Shown one piece after another: positions 8,542-17,569 of a DNA stretch of 64,000 nucleotides (its first letter is position 1; each line of letters begins with the position of its first letter). The stretch is from contig CAXXSR010000001.1 in assembly GCA_963662615.2 (NCBI GenBank), positions 1,888,001 through 1,952,000 of the forward strand, in the 5' to 3' direction. The notes beneath the pieces were generated by a model, which was given only the letters and a program-made list of their open reading frames with translations, did no database searches and was not told where the DNA came from. The translations under genes and the position numbers were made by a program. This DNA is from Dehalococcoidia bacterium. Lineage in GTDB: Bacteria > Chloroflexota > Dehalococcoidia > Bin125.

Positions 8542-10716
8542 CTAGTCGTCGTCGTCGTCCTCCTCATTCTCGTCCTCGTCCTCCTCATCGTCGGCGTTGT
8601 CATCCAAGGCCAAGGCCTCGGGGCCGTCCGAATCCTCCTCACCGTCCTCCTCGATCTCGATTTGCATCTCACCATCTTCGATCTCGATCTCAATCTCCAT
8701 CCCACCGACGTGGATCTCCATCTCGAATTCGATCTCGCCGTCGCTGAGCGCTCCCGCTCCCGGGTCGATCCCCAGAGCGTCGAGGAGACTGCGCACGAAA
8801 GCCAGGATGTCGGCCGCCCCCAGGCTAGAGATGACGGGGCCGTCGTTGTCGAGGTTGGTGACCGCAACGTTGGCCGGGTTGATCCCGTCGAACGTGCCGT
8901 CCCCACTCACGGCCGCATCGGTGACAACCGTGTAGGCGATGTTGCCATCGTCCACCGCATCAGCAACACCGGTGACAGTGACCGTCTGCGGCGTCGAAAA
9001 GTTGACCGCAGTAAAGGTCAGGCTCGTCGGCGAGACCGTTCCCTCCGTCGTGTCATCGGAGGAGATACCGATCGTCACGTCCGCCGTCGGCTCGGACGTC
9101 AGGACCACGGTGAAGGTGTCCGTACCACCGCCCTCGGTCGTCTCCAAGCCCGTCGTGGGGGTCACCGTGATTCCGGCCCCCTCCACGATGGCCGTGACGG
9201 TGACCGTGCCCGACGTTGCCGGACCCGTACCGCTGGACAGGGCGCTCTGCTTGACAGTGACGTCCAGGGTGCGGTTCGCGTCGAAGTCCGTCCCATCGTA
9301 TTCCAGGGTGATCCTCGCCCGGGTATTACCGAGGCGGGTGACCGTCTCGATCGTCGTGCCCGGCACGGTGCCGCCAACGGCGAAATCGCCCGTAGCGAGC
9401 GCGGCGTCAAACGTGCCGCCGTCTATCTCGACCCTGACCGTCGCTCCGTCCAGGTCGTCCTCGCGCAGCGAGGCCGGGTTGGTCGATAAGATCGTTGCCG
9501 TCAACGCGCCTACTGCTGCCACATTGAAGGCGCTGCTGATGGCCGCTGTGAGCACGGGCGACGACGTGAACTTGAGCGTGTAGCCGGTCCCTGGGGTGTC
9601 AACCTCCAGGTTCGTGAACGTCACCACGCCGTTCACGGCCTCTACCGTCAGCGTGCCGCCCTCGGGGTTGGTCTCGATCGCCGCCGTCACTTCGGTAGTC
9701 GAGTCCGACGTCACGACGCTGCCGAACTGGTCCTGGATTGCAATGACCGGCTGTGGCGACAACGCCAACCCTGCGATGCCGTTGCCCGGTTGCGTCTGAA
9801 TTCCAAGCTGGGTAGCCGTCCCCGCCGACACGTTGAAGGGGCCGCTCGTGGCCGGCACCAGGCCCGTAGCCGTGAAATCCAGCGTGTAGCCGTCCCCGGC
9901 CTTGTCGATCTCCAGGTTCGTGAACGTCGCCACGCCGTCCGATACCATTACCGTCTGTGTCCCGCCCAGGACGCCCGTGCCCGGGTTGTTGTTGATCGCC
10001 GCCGTTACGTCAGTGGTCGAGTCCGAGGTCACGACGTTGCCGAACTGGTCCTGGATCTCAACGACCGGCTGTGCCGTGAAAGCGGTGCCGCCCGTCGCCC
10101 CGGCGGGTTGCGTCTGCACGGCGAGCTGTGTAGCCGCTCCATGCGTGACGGTGATGTTCGAGATACCGCTATTGATCTCCAGAACAGGAGCGCCCGCCGT
10201 TCCGGTCGCGGTGATCTCGCCCCCCTGCGCTCCCGGATTTGCTCCATTCGTCGGCTGGAGCAGGCTCGGCGTCCCGCCTCCGACGGTGATGGTGAGGGCG
10301 CCCGCTGCGCCCGCGCCGGTGAAGGTAATGACAACATCGCCGGAAACAATTGCTGCACTCGCGGCGGCAGTACCTACGCCTGCGCCCCCGACGACCACAT
10401 CAGGTGCCGGAGTGACAAAGACGAGGCCTGTTGGTGGATTCAGTACGACCGTCTCGCCGTCCCCGACCTCCGTGCCGTCCGCGAACGTGATGACGAGGTC
10501 CTGTGAGTTCGCGGCATTCAGATCCGTCGCCGCCGGAGACGTTGCGTCCTCGGCGGTATCGACGCTGATGGTGACGTCCCCAAAGCCCGTAGTGAGAGCG
10601 CCACCGGCATCAGCGATGACGATCATCACGAACAGCGCGACCGCCAGCGCGGCCACGCTGGCAGCCAGCGTCGCGATCAGCGGCGCCCTGAAGAGTCTCC
10701 GTCCTCGTGCTTCCAT
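8542..10716 (-). CDS. Large secreted/surface protein with two Ig-like repeats, a Calx-beta-like domain and an acidic C-terminus
   Basis: N-terminal hydrophobic signal; duplicated QL.IQTQP..QPV..IQDQFG.VVTSDSTT.VTAAI..TFTNL.ID..G.GYTL.FT; TEGGGTDTFTVVLTSEPTADVT..TPQTVTVTGV; D/E-rich tail. Confidence 0.8.
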   Translation of the reverse strand: MEARGRRLFRAPLIATLAASVAALAVALFVMIVIADAGGALTTGFGDVTISVDTAEDATSPAATDLNAANSQDLVITFADGTEVGDGETVVLNPPTGLVFVTPAPDVVVGGAGVGTAAASAAIVSGDVVITFTGAGAAGALTITVGGGTPSLLQPTNGANPGAQGGEITATGTAGAPVLEINSGISNITVTHGAATQLAVQTQPAGATGGTAFTAQPVVEIQDQFGNVVTSDSTTDVTAAINNNPGTGVLGGTQTVMVSDGVATFTNLEIDKAGDGYTLDFTATGLVPATSGPFNVSAGTATQLGIQTQPGNGIAGLALSPQPVIAIQDQFGSVVTSDSTTEVTAAIETNPEGGTLTVEAVNGVVTFTNLEVDTPGTGYTLKFTSSPVLTAAISSAFNVAAVGALTATILSTNPASLREDDLDGATVRVEIDGGTFDAALATGDFAVGGTVPGTTIETVTRLGNTRARITLEYDGTDFDANRTLDVTVKQSALSSGTGPATSGTVTVTAIVEGAGITVTPTTGLETTEGGGTDTFTVVLTSEPTADVTIGISSDDTTEGTVSPTSLTFTAVNFSTPQTVTVTGVADAVDDGNIAYTVVTDAAVSGDGTFDGINPANVAVTNLDNDGPVISSLGAADILAFVRSLLDALGIDPGAGALSDGEIEFEMEIHVGGMEIEIEIEDGEMQIEIEEDGEEDSDGPEALALDDNADDEEDEDENEEDDDDD

Positions 10717-10773
10717 TGCGGTTCCGTCCTTTCCGCGCAGACACGCTGCCAATGAGGCCAGGGGGAGTGCGCT

Positions 10774-11934
10774 CTAGTCGCCGTCTTCGCCGTCGTCCTC
10801 ACTTTGCACGCCGGCCCCATCCAGGGCCTCCTCACACGCCTCTTCCGCCTCCTCGTCGTCCAGTTCGTCGCACGCCTCCCTGAGCGCGTGGTACTCAGCC
10901 TTCGCCCCCTTCTCGACGTCATCGATCGCCTCTTCGCAGGCGCCCAGCTCCTCCTCGCTGCTGATTCCGCTGCACAGCTCCCCCACAAGCGGCAGCGGCG
11001 CCGTGGAGCCGGCCTCGCCCGCGGCGCCGGAATCCGCCGAGTTGAGCTGCGCCTCGACCGCCTCTTCAAGGTCGTCCAGGGTGTCTTGGCAAGCCTCCAG
11101 CGCGTCTCTGCTTGTCACCTCACTGCAGCTCTGCGCCACGATCTCAACCAGCTCCTCCACGTAGGCCTCTTCCACGCTGTTCACCACGGAGCCCAACGTC
11201 TCCAGTGAGGCGCCCAGCGAGTCCGAAAGGGTGGGCGCAGCCGTCACGGAGGCGCTCTCTCCAGGATCCGCGGCAGGCGGCGTGTCGGGCTTCGTTCCCG
11301 TTTCTGGTTCCGCTTCCGCCTCTCGCTCTGTCCCCTCCACCCCCGGGACCGACGCCAGCGAGCCCTGCACCTCGGCCAGGGTCGCCGCCACGCTCTTCAG
11401 ATCGTCAAGCGCAAGCTCGGAAAGGACGCCCCCGTCGTCGTCAAGCGCCGCTGCCAGCGCCCCCGCGCGCTCGTGCACCTCGGCACGCTCCGCCGCGGAG
11501 ATCTGCGCATCCAAAACGATCGCGTCGGTGAGCCGCGCCAGATCCTCAACGTCCCTGAAGAACTCGGCGCTGGCGTCGTCCTTCGGTATGAGCAGGAGCA
11601 CCGCGCTAACGGCCACGCCGATCAACACTGCGGCCGCCACCGCGGACGCGACCCGAGGCACCACCGCGGCGAAGGCGGGCAAGGGCGGCCCCCAGCCTGC
11701 CCATCCACGCTGCCGGGTCCGCTCAATGCCAGGCTCCACCTTGTCCCAAATGGCATCGACGTCAAGGCACGGACCGCTCGCAGCGAACTCCTCGATCGCC
11801 AGCGCTGCATCGGCCAGAGGGTCACGCTCCGCGTCCGCGGGGAGCGCCTCCCCCTGCCGACGCGCGGCGATCCGCCGCTCCACCGCGTCTAGGTCGTCTG
11901 CGTCCACGTCGGCGGCGTTGGGCTTGTCTGCCAT
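10774..11934 (-). CDS. Single-pass membrane protein, putative anti-sigma factor
   Basis: About 90-aa N-terminal domain with DAIWDKV, TM helix AAAVLIGVAVSAVLLL, acidic helical C-domain with repeated L.AC..A/T motifs. Anti-sigma role inferred from the neighbouring ECF gene. Confidence 0.55.
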   Translation of the reverse strand: MADKPNAADVDADDLDAVERRIAARRQGEALPADAERDPLADAALAIEEFAASGPCLDVDAIWDKVEPGIERTRQRGWAGWGPPLPAFAAVVPRVASAVAAAVLIGVAVSAVLLLIPKDDASAEFFRDVEDLARLTDAIVLDAQISAAERAEVHERAGALAAALDDDGGVLSELALDDLKSVAATLAEVQGSLASVPGVEGTEREAEAEPETGTKPDTPPAADPGESASVTAAPTLSDSLGASLETLGSVVNSVEEAYVEELVEIVAQSCSEVTSRDALEACQDTLDDLEEAVEAQLNSADSGAAGEAGSTAPLPLVGELCSGISSEEELGACEEAIDDVEKGAKAEYHALREACDELDDEEAEEACEEALDGAGVQSEDDGEDGD

Positions 11935-11994
11935 GTAGCCGGACCCCCGGCCCGCACCCTCTCTGCGACGGAGCGCTGGAGAGAGGAGGGCCTC

Positions 11995-12330
11995 CCCTGA
12001 CCGCTCCTTCCCTCCTGGGAAGGAGCCTGTCGAAGGGCCGAAGGAGCGAGCAGCGCTTGAGACTCGTCCCCTTTAACTGGTCCGGCGGAGCGGAGTTCGT
12101 GACGATCGATCAGGGGCGGCTTCTGTTAACCGCTTGACATCCATGACCGTCGCGCGACCCCGGATGACACACGAGCGCGCGTCCAATAACCGCTCACCCT
12201 GAGCCTGTCGAAGGGTCGAAGGGCGCCGACGTCGTCCTGATCATCAAGCCCCAGCGCGAGCGGTCACGAACGGCGCGCTGGCCCAGACGAGTCGCGAGCG
12301 CGGGCGAAAAAGTCGAAGGACGAACGCCGA
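11995..12330 (+). repeat. A units and degenerate B spacers
   Basis: cctga[ccgctccttccctcctgggaagga]gcctgtcgaaggg at about 11996, A unit at about 12190, degenerate B at about 12225-12312, half B at about 12148-12190. Confidence 0.75.
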
Positions 12331-12629
12331 TGGCGGGCAGGGAGCGGACTTGAGCCCACTTCGATCTGCTCATTCCCGGCCAGCGCTCCTTCGGCCCACG
12401 TCGCAATATCGTTGAAGTGGGCGGCCAGGTGCGGGCTCTCGTAGTCTCTCGACTGCAGGAGGCCGGCGATGGCGACCTCCCGGATCGAGCGCAGCGCCTC
12501 CAGCATCCCCTCGGAGGCGCTGCCGTCCATTCTTGCCGCGGACGGTGACAATCCCTCCTCAATGTCGTGCAGCCCTCGCAAGAGCCGGTCGCGCCATTCG
12601 ACGTACGGCGTCAGTGTGCGATTACGCAT
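12264..12629 (-). CDS. Hypothetical protein; C-terminus runs into repeat sequence
   Basis: ATG preceded by aaggag; GC3-like codon pattern in the first ~95 codons. Confidence 0.55.
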   Translation of the reverse strand: MRNRTLTPYVEWRDRLLRGLHDIEEGLSPSAARMDGSASEGMLEALRSIREVAIAGLLQSRDYESPHLAAHFNDIATWAEGALAGNEQIEVGSSPLPARHRRSSFDFFARARDSSGPARRS

Positions 12630-13189
12630 CGTTGGGCTCCTTCCCATCCCTATTCAAGCTCTGTCGTTCGCTCCTCGACTCCTGAACACGCTCGACCTGT
12701 CCCGCCTATAGCGCGGCGGCGCTTCCGCCTTCGGCCCCAGCGCGCTGCGCCGTCTGCGAATCCGCGAAGAAAGGTCTGGCCACGGGCGCCGGCCCGCCGC
12801 CGTGGAGAGGGCACGACCGCGGAGCGCCCTCTGCCGTGGCTCGAGCCACGCGGCAGCGAGCGCCCACCACGCGCCGTCGAGGGCCGGTTGCCGGACGCTG
12901 TGGAACCGGTTCTGTCGAACACAAAAGAAGGCAACCATCCGCGAAACGCCTCCTTGCGTAACGCGGCGCTGCCTTCTGCGTCTGTCTGTTGACAGCCGGC
13001 GCTCGGTACCTTCGCTGCCCCTTGACACGCGGGGAGGGGTCAGCGGAACGTCGGCTCGTCTATCTTCGCCCGCAGCCTAACGGCGCCTCCAGCCGTTATC
13101 AAAGGCGTGGACGCGGCGCTGCCCCGCCACTCCCCGCTCGCCCTGGGGCAGGTGGGTGGGACAAAAACCAAGGGCGGGGGGCGGGCATC

Positions 13190-13715
13190 CGCTCACCGTT
13201 CGCTGGCCTGTCCTGCGCTTGCCTGTCCTGAGCCTGTCGAAGGACCGAAGGATCGAAGAGCCTGCCCTGAGCTTGTCGAAGGGGCGAAGCGCCTCCTCCT
13301 CCCTCCCCACCTCCTCCCCCTCTCCATCGCTCGCCGATGGAGAGGGGCCGGGGGTGAGGTTCCCCCTCCGCCCTGCGCCTGCCTGCCCTAACCTGTCCTT
13401 CCCTCCTGGGAAGGAGCTTGCCGAAGGGTCGAAGCGCGCACCTTCCGTTCGTCCTGACCTGTCCTTCCCTCCTGGGAAGGAGCCTGTCGAAGGACGAACG
13501 CCGCCGACATCGCCCCGAGCATGAACCCTCGGCGCGAGCCGCCACCAACGCCGCGATCCTTAGCACCCGCTGCGAGCGCACGTGGAAAAAACCGTTCGTC
13601 CTGAGCCTGTCGAAGGACGAACGCCGCCGACATCGCCCAAAGCATGAACCCTCGGCGCGAGCGGCCACCAACGCCGCGATCCATCGCACCCGCTGCGAGC
13701 GCACGTGGAAAAGCC
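13190..13715 (+). repeat. Composite repeat island with nested A units and an A-B-A-B array
   Basis: Nested units at 13207-13252, C hairpin at about 13306-13358, B copies at about 13499-13592 and 13622-13713, each preceded by an A unit. Confidence 0.92.
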
Positions 13716-13725
13716 GCCCCGATGC

Positions 13726-14358
13726 CTAGGGGTGGATCCCGCCCCCGTCGATGCGGTTGAAGAACTCCGCCCGCGTTTTCGCGTCGTCCCGAAACGCACC
13801 CAACAGGGCGCTGGTTCGCATCCGCGCATTGGCCTTCTTGGCTCCCCGCATCGCCACGCACATGTGCAGCGCGTCCACCACCACGCCCACGCCCTGCGGC
13901 TTGATCAGCTCGTCCAGCAACTTCGCGATCTGATTGGTCATCCGCTCCTGCACCTGCATCCGACGCGCGAACGCATCCACCACCCGCGGAATCTTTGACA
14001 GCCCCACAACCGTCTTGTCGGGCACATAGGCCACGTGCGCCTCGCCAATGATGGGCAGGAGGTGATGCTCGCATAGGCTGTAGAACTCAATCTGGCTCAC
14101 CACCACCATCTGCTCATACTCTTCCACAAAAAGCGCGTTATTGAGCAGCGCCACGGGATCCACCGTGTAGCCCGCCAGCAATTCGTCGAACATGCGCGCC
14201 ACGCGCTCAGGCGTGCCCCGCAAGCCCTCGCGCTCAGGATCTTCGCCCACGCTGTCCAGGATGTGCAGCACCGAATTGGCGACCTCGCGTTTGCAGTCCG
14301 CTGCCAGCACCGGTCCATCCGTCAGCCGCGCCGAAAGTTCATCCGAAATGGTGTGCAC
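13726..14358 (-). CDS. folE: GTP cyclohydrolase I
   Basis: GEDPEREGLRGTPERVARM, FYSLCEHHLLP, GLSKIPRVV, QVQERMT, HMCVAMRG. GTG start after GGAGG. Confidence 0.97.
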   Translation of the reverse strand: MHTISDELSARLTDGPVLAADCKREVANSVLHILDSVGEDPEREGLRGTPERVARMFDELLAGYTVDPVALLNNALFVEEYEQMVVVSQIEFYSLCEHHLLPIIGEAHVAYVPDKTVVGLSKIPRVVDAFARRMQVQERMTNQIAKLLDELIKPQGVGVVVDALHMCVAMRGAKKANARMRTSALLGAFRDDAKTRAEFFNRIDGGGIHP

Positions 14359-14705
14359 TGCGATCCTCCATCTATCAACGCTCAGCTGGACGACCCCCCG
14401 CCGTGCGGGCAATCGCTGGAGACCATGTCCCCCAGCTCCCCGCGCGCGGTTGCAGAGTAGCCAAAAGCACGCCGACGGTGTGAGGCGCGATAGCAGCCTC
14501 TAAGCAGCCGGCATTTGGGAACGTGGAGACCGCAGCGAGGCGCCTGCCCGCTGCCTGGGACACCGCGCCGATGTCGACACCGCCGCCACGACGACACCGT
14601 CATCACACAGCGAACCGCGCAACGCCCCGGGCCGGCGATGATCGAAACCACGCAGGCTGCCCTCGCCCAGGCGATGCCGGGCTCCCCGGCGCCCGGGCGA
14701 GCTGC

Positions 14706-16082
14706 TTACTCCAGCAAGCGCACCACCGGGTCACCGCCGGGAATGACGTAGTTCACGAACTCGATCGCAATGTTCCCCGAGCCGGAAAGGTCGAACGTAT
14801 CGACGATGATCTGGACGGGCCCCAAGTTCCCGCTGCCGGACATCGCGAGCTCTGCGCCGGGGAGGTAGATGACACCGCCCAAGCTGTCGCCGCTGCCCTC
14901 CAGCGTCATGCTCTTGTCGCAAGCGATGTCCTGCCAAAAGACAATGTCCGTATAGGGCCCGCTGGCCGGACCCGTGAAGACATTGTTCCCCGAGCCGCGG
15001 AGATCGATCCGTTGGCAGCGCGCCGGGCTCGCCGGATTACCTTGGGGGACGTACGGGTCGTTGGTGTTGTAGATCATCACCCCGTTCCCGTTGAGGTCGC
15101 CCGATCCGCTGTACACGAAACCGCCGCCCGCCATCACGTAGATCCCGGAGGCAAAGACCAGATTGCCGCTGGCGGACATCTGGATGCCGCCGTAGTACAC
15201 GCCGGGCTGGATGACGGTCGGGCCCGAACCGGTGATATGGAGAGTCGCTGGGGACTCGGCGGTGCCGCCGGAGTCGGGCGAGATGCTGGCCGGCGACGTG
15301 CCCGGCGGCGTCAGGCTCGCAAGCGGATCGGGCACGCGCGCGCCGTACGGCTCCGGCCAGGGCGTGTAGACGCCCGACCCGCTGAGCGTCTCCGTCCCCT
15401 CGTAGTAGTAGTGGATCATCGACGCCTGCACGTCGCCGCTGCCCACGCCGTTCAAGGCCCCGTTCGACGGGTTGTTGCAGGCGGAATTCACCATGATGCC
15501 GCCGCCTTGAATGTCCAGAAGGCCGCTGCCGGACTTGTCGTAGGAGCGGCACTCGTCCTCATTCAACGTCAAGAGCGCGTAGCCGCCGCTCCCCCCTGGA
15601 ACGCTGCGCGCCACCGCGCGCGCGCTGCGATTCCCAAAGTCGTGAATCACGTACGACGGCGGCGCCGTCACCGTGACCTCAACGGCCATCGCGTCGCCCT
15701 GGTACGGCGTCACCACGGTCACGGGCGCGCCGTCCACACCGTCCCCGAAGCCGTTCCCCTCCGCATAATCCTGTGCCACCGCCGTCGCCAGCGAAGCGTT
15801 CGGGAGGTCCTGGGCCGCAGCGAGAGAGGCTGCATCGGCCGCGTTCTGCAACTCGCGCCGCGTGCTCAGCGCCATGCCGCCATCAATGACGATGCCCATG
15901 AACACAAGGAGGAGGGGAAACAGCAGCGCGACAAGGATGAGAGTCAGGCCCTGCTCATCGCCCCACAATCGCCCACGCCGGCAGACACGGAGATGCGCGC
16001 TCCCCCAGCGGCCTGCGGCCGCCAACGCCCGGCGCCAACGCCCCACTGGACGAGCTGACAATCGCGGTGGCCGAGCTGTCAT
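14706..16082 (-). CDS. TadG/TadE-like pilus-assembly (Tad domain) protein
   Basis: DEQG-hydrophobic-GIVIDGG..RRELQNAADAASLAAA; C-terminal GVIYLP/IIVDT beta-helix-like region. Confidence 0.85.
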   Translation of the reverse strand: MTARPPRLSARPVGRWRRALAAAGRWGSAHLRVCRRGRLWGDEQGLTLILVALLFPLLLVFMGIVIDGGMALSTRRELQNAADAASLAAAQDLPNASLATAVAQDYAEGNGFGDGVDGAPVTVVTPYQGDAMAVEVTVTAPPSYVIHDFGNRSARAVARSVPGGSGGYALLTLNEDECRSYDKSGSGLLDIQGGGIMVNSACNNPSNGALNGVGSGDVQASMIHYYYEGTETLSGSGVYTPWPEPYGARVPDPLASLTPPGTSPASISPDSGGTAESPATLHITGSGPTVIQPGVYYGGIQMSASGNLVFASGIYVMAGGGFVYSGSGDLNGNGVMIYNTNDPYVPQGNPASPARCQRIDLRGSGNNVFTGPASGPYTDIVFWQDIACDKSMTLEGSGDSLGGVIYLPGAELAMSGSGNLGPVQIIVDTFDLSGSGNIAIEFVNYVIPGGDPVVRLLE

Positions 16083-16191
16083 TCTCGCTCTCGATCGATA
16101 CGAGGACGCCGGCGCACTGACCCTGGATGGGTCGCGCGCAGGCGCGGGGCCGCGAACCCGCCGCCCTCCATATCAATGGTCGGCGCCCGGC

Positions 16192-16235
16192 ACGCCTCCT
16201 TGAGCCAACGCGTCCTTAAGCCAACGCCTCCTTGA
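16192..16235 (-). repeat. Three 16-bp-period direct repeats upstream of the TadG-like gene
   Basis: acgc(c/g)tcctt(g/a)a at 16192, 16208 and 16224. Confidence 0.75.
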
Positions 16236-16532
16236 ACCGACGCCACCACGCGTTGCTCCACGCGCAGCGGTCCTACGACTCTCGACACGAGCCAAACGCG
16301 AACACCGTCCGCCAAGGGGCCAGGGGCGGCCCGCCACCTCGCCCACGCGGGCAGCCTCCGGCGCGCCCGGCGAAGGGGTGAGGTCCTTACTTGGTCAGTC
16401 TGGAAATGCGCGATTCCCACCGCGATCGCCCGCGGAGTTTTGCCGGACGCGCCCGCACCCGCCGATGCGCCCGCACCCGCCGAAGCGCCAGCCGCGACCG
16501 GCGCCCGGGCGCTGTCCTGGCGGCGGACGGCC

Positions 16533-16751
16533 CTACCGCCGGTGGACGGCCTCCAAAATCGTGCTCAAGTGTCCAATGGCGCTGCGTTGCAGCAGGCGCA
16601 CATCCGCCACACTGCGCCCCAGCCGCGTCGCAATCGTCTCGGAGGAGAGCCCCTCAAACATGCGCAGCTCCACCACCACCCGCTCCCAGCGCGGCAGCGC
16701 AGAGAGCCCGCTCCCAAGGTCGGTCTCAGTCCAGGTCGTCACGGTCCCCAT
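16533..16751 (-). CDS. Stand-alone sigma-70 region 4 domain protein (72 aa)
   Basis: LSALPRWERVVVELRMFEGLSSETIATRLGRSVADVRLLQRSAIGHL; purine-rich RBS before the ATG. Confidence 0.75.
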   Translation of the reverse strand: MGTVTTWTETDLGSGLSALPRWERVVVELRMFEGLSSETIATRLGRSVADVRLLQRSAIGHLSTILEAVHRR

Positions 16752-16909
16752 CCCCTCTCCCTGGCACGTGCGCCTCCCGGCGCGGCTGCCCATCCCGACG
16801 GCGCATCGACGCCGCCTCGCTGTGCCCATCCATCTGTAAGACGCAGCCGCGCCCAGATCCTTACAATCGCACCGCCACGCCGCCCCACCGCCCTGCACGC
16901 CGCCACCCC

Positions 16910-17430
16910 CCGCTCACCCTGAGCTTGTCGAGGGGTCACCCTGAGCCTGTCCTTCCCCCCGCCGAAGGAGCCCGTCAAGGGCCTCCCCTGAGATTGTCGA
17001 AGGGCGAACGGCGGCTCCTAACCGTTCGTCCTGAGCCTGTCGAAGGGGCGAACGGCACTCCCCCTTTCCAGCGGTTTCCGGTGGAGAGGGGGTTAGGCGT
17101 GACGTGCAGAACCCGCTCACCCTGAGCTTGTCGAAGGGTCACCCTGACCTGTCCTTCCCTTTGCGGAAGGAGCCCGTCAAAGAGCCTGCCCTGAGCTTCC
17201 CGAAGGGGCGAAAGCCGCCGACATTGCCGCGAGCATCAACCCTTAGCGCGAGCGGCCGCCAACGCCGCGCTCCTTCGCACCCGCTGCGAGCGCGCATGGA
17301 AGAACCCGTTCGTCCTGAGCTTGTCGAAGGGGCGAACGGCACTCCCCCCCTCTCCACCAGCTTGCGGTGGACAGGGGCGACGCGGTGAGGTCATCCCCCC
17401 GTTCGTCCTGAGCCTGTCGACGGACGAACA
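16910..17430 (+). repeat. Composite repeat island (last one seen in the window)
   Basis: Multiple ccctgagcttgtcgaaggg / gttcgtcctgagc units, a B copy at about 17215-17305, C-like hairpins. Confidence 0.9.
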
Positions 17431-17569
17431 CTGGTCACCACCGGAACTCCCAGAGTGAGTGGGGCGGAAAAAACGGCGGGCGGGGGCGGCCCGTGCTGCA
17501 GTCGTACTGCAGTGACACGGCTAACCGAGGGGGCTGTTGTTCCGATTGCTCTCTCGCGGATAAGCGCAA

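Noticed and set aside
13130-13175. c-di-GMP-I riboswitch (gtgggac..aaa.cc)
   Set aside because: No GGCAAA start or GNRA tetraloop in the right place.
13445-13715. CRISPR-like repeat-spacer pattern
   Set aside because: The two spacers are copies of the same B module found elsewhere.
14523-16058. 511-aa + strand ORF and similar long antisense ORFs (2691-3941, 4210-5214, 46024-47064, 61528-62628, 63094-63963)
   Set aside because: Shadows of well-supported opposite-strand genes in high-GC DNA.
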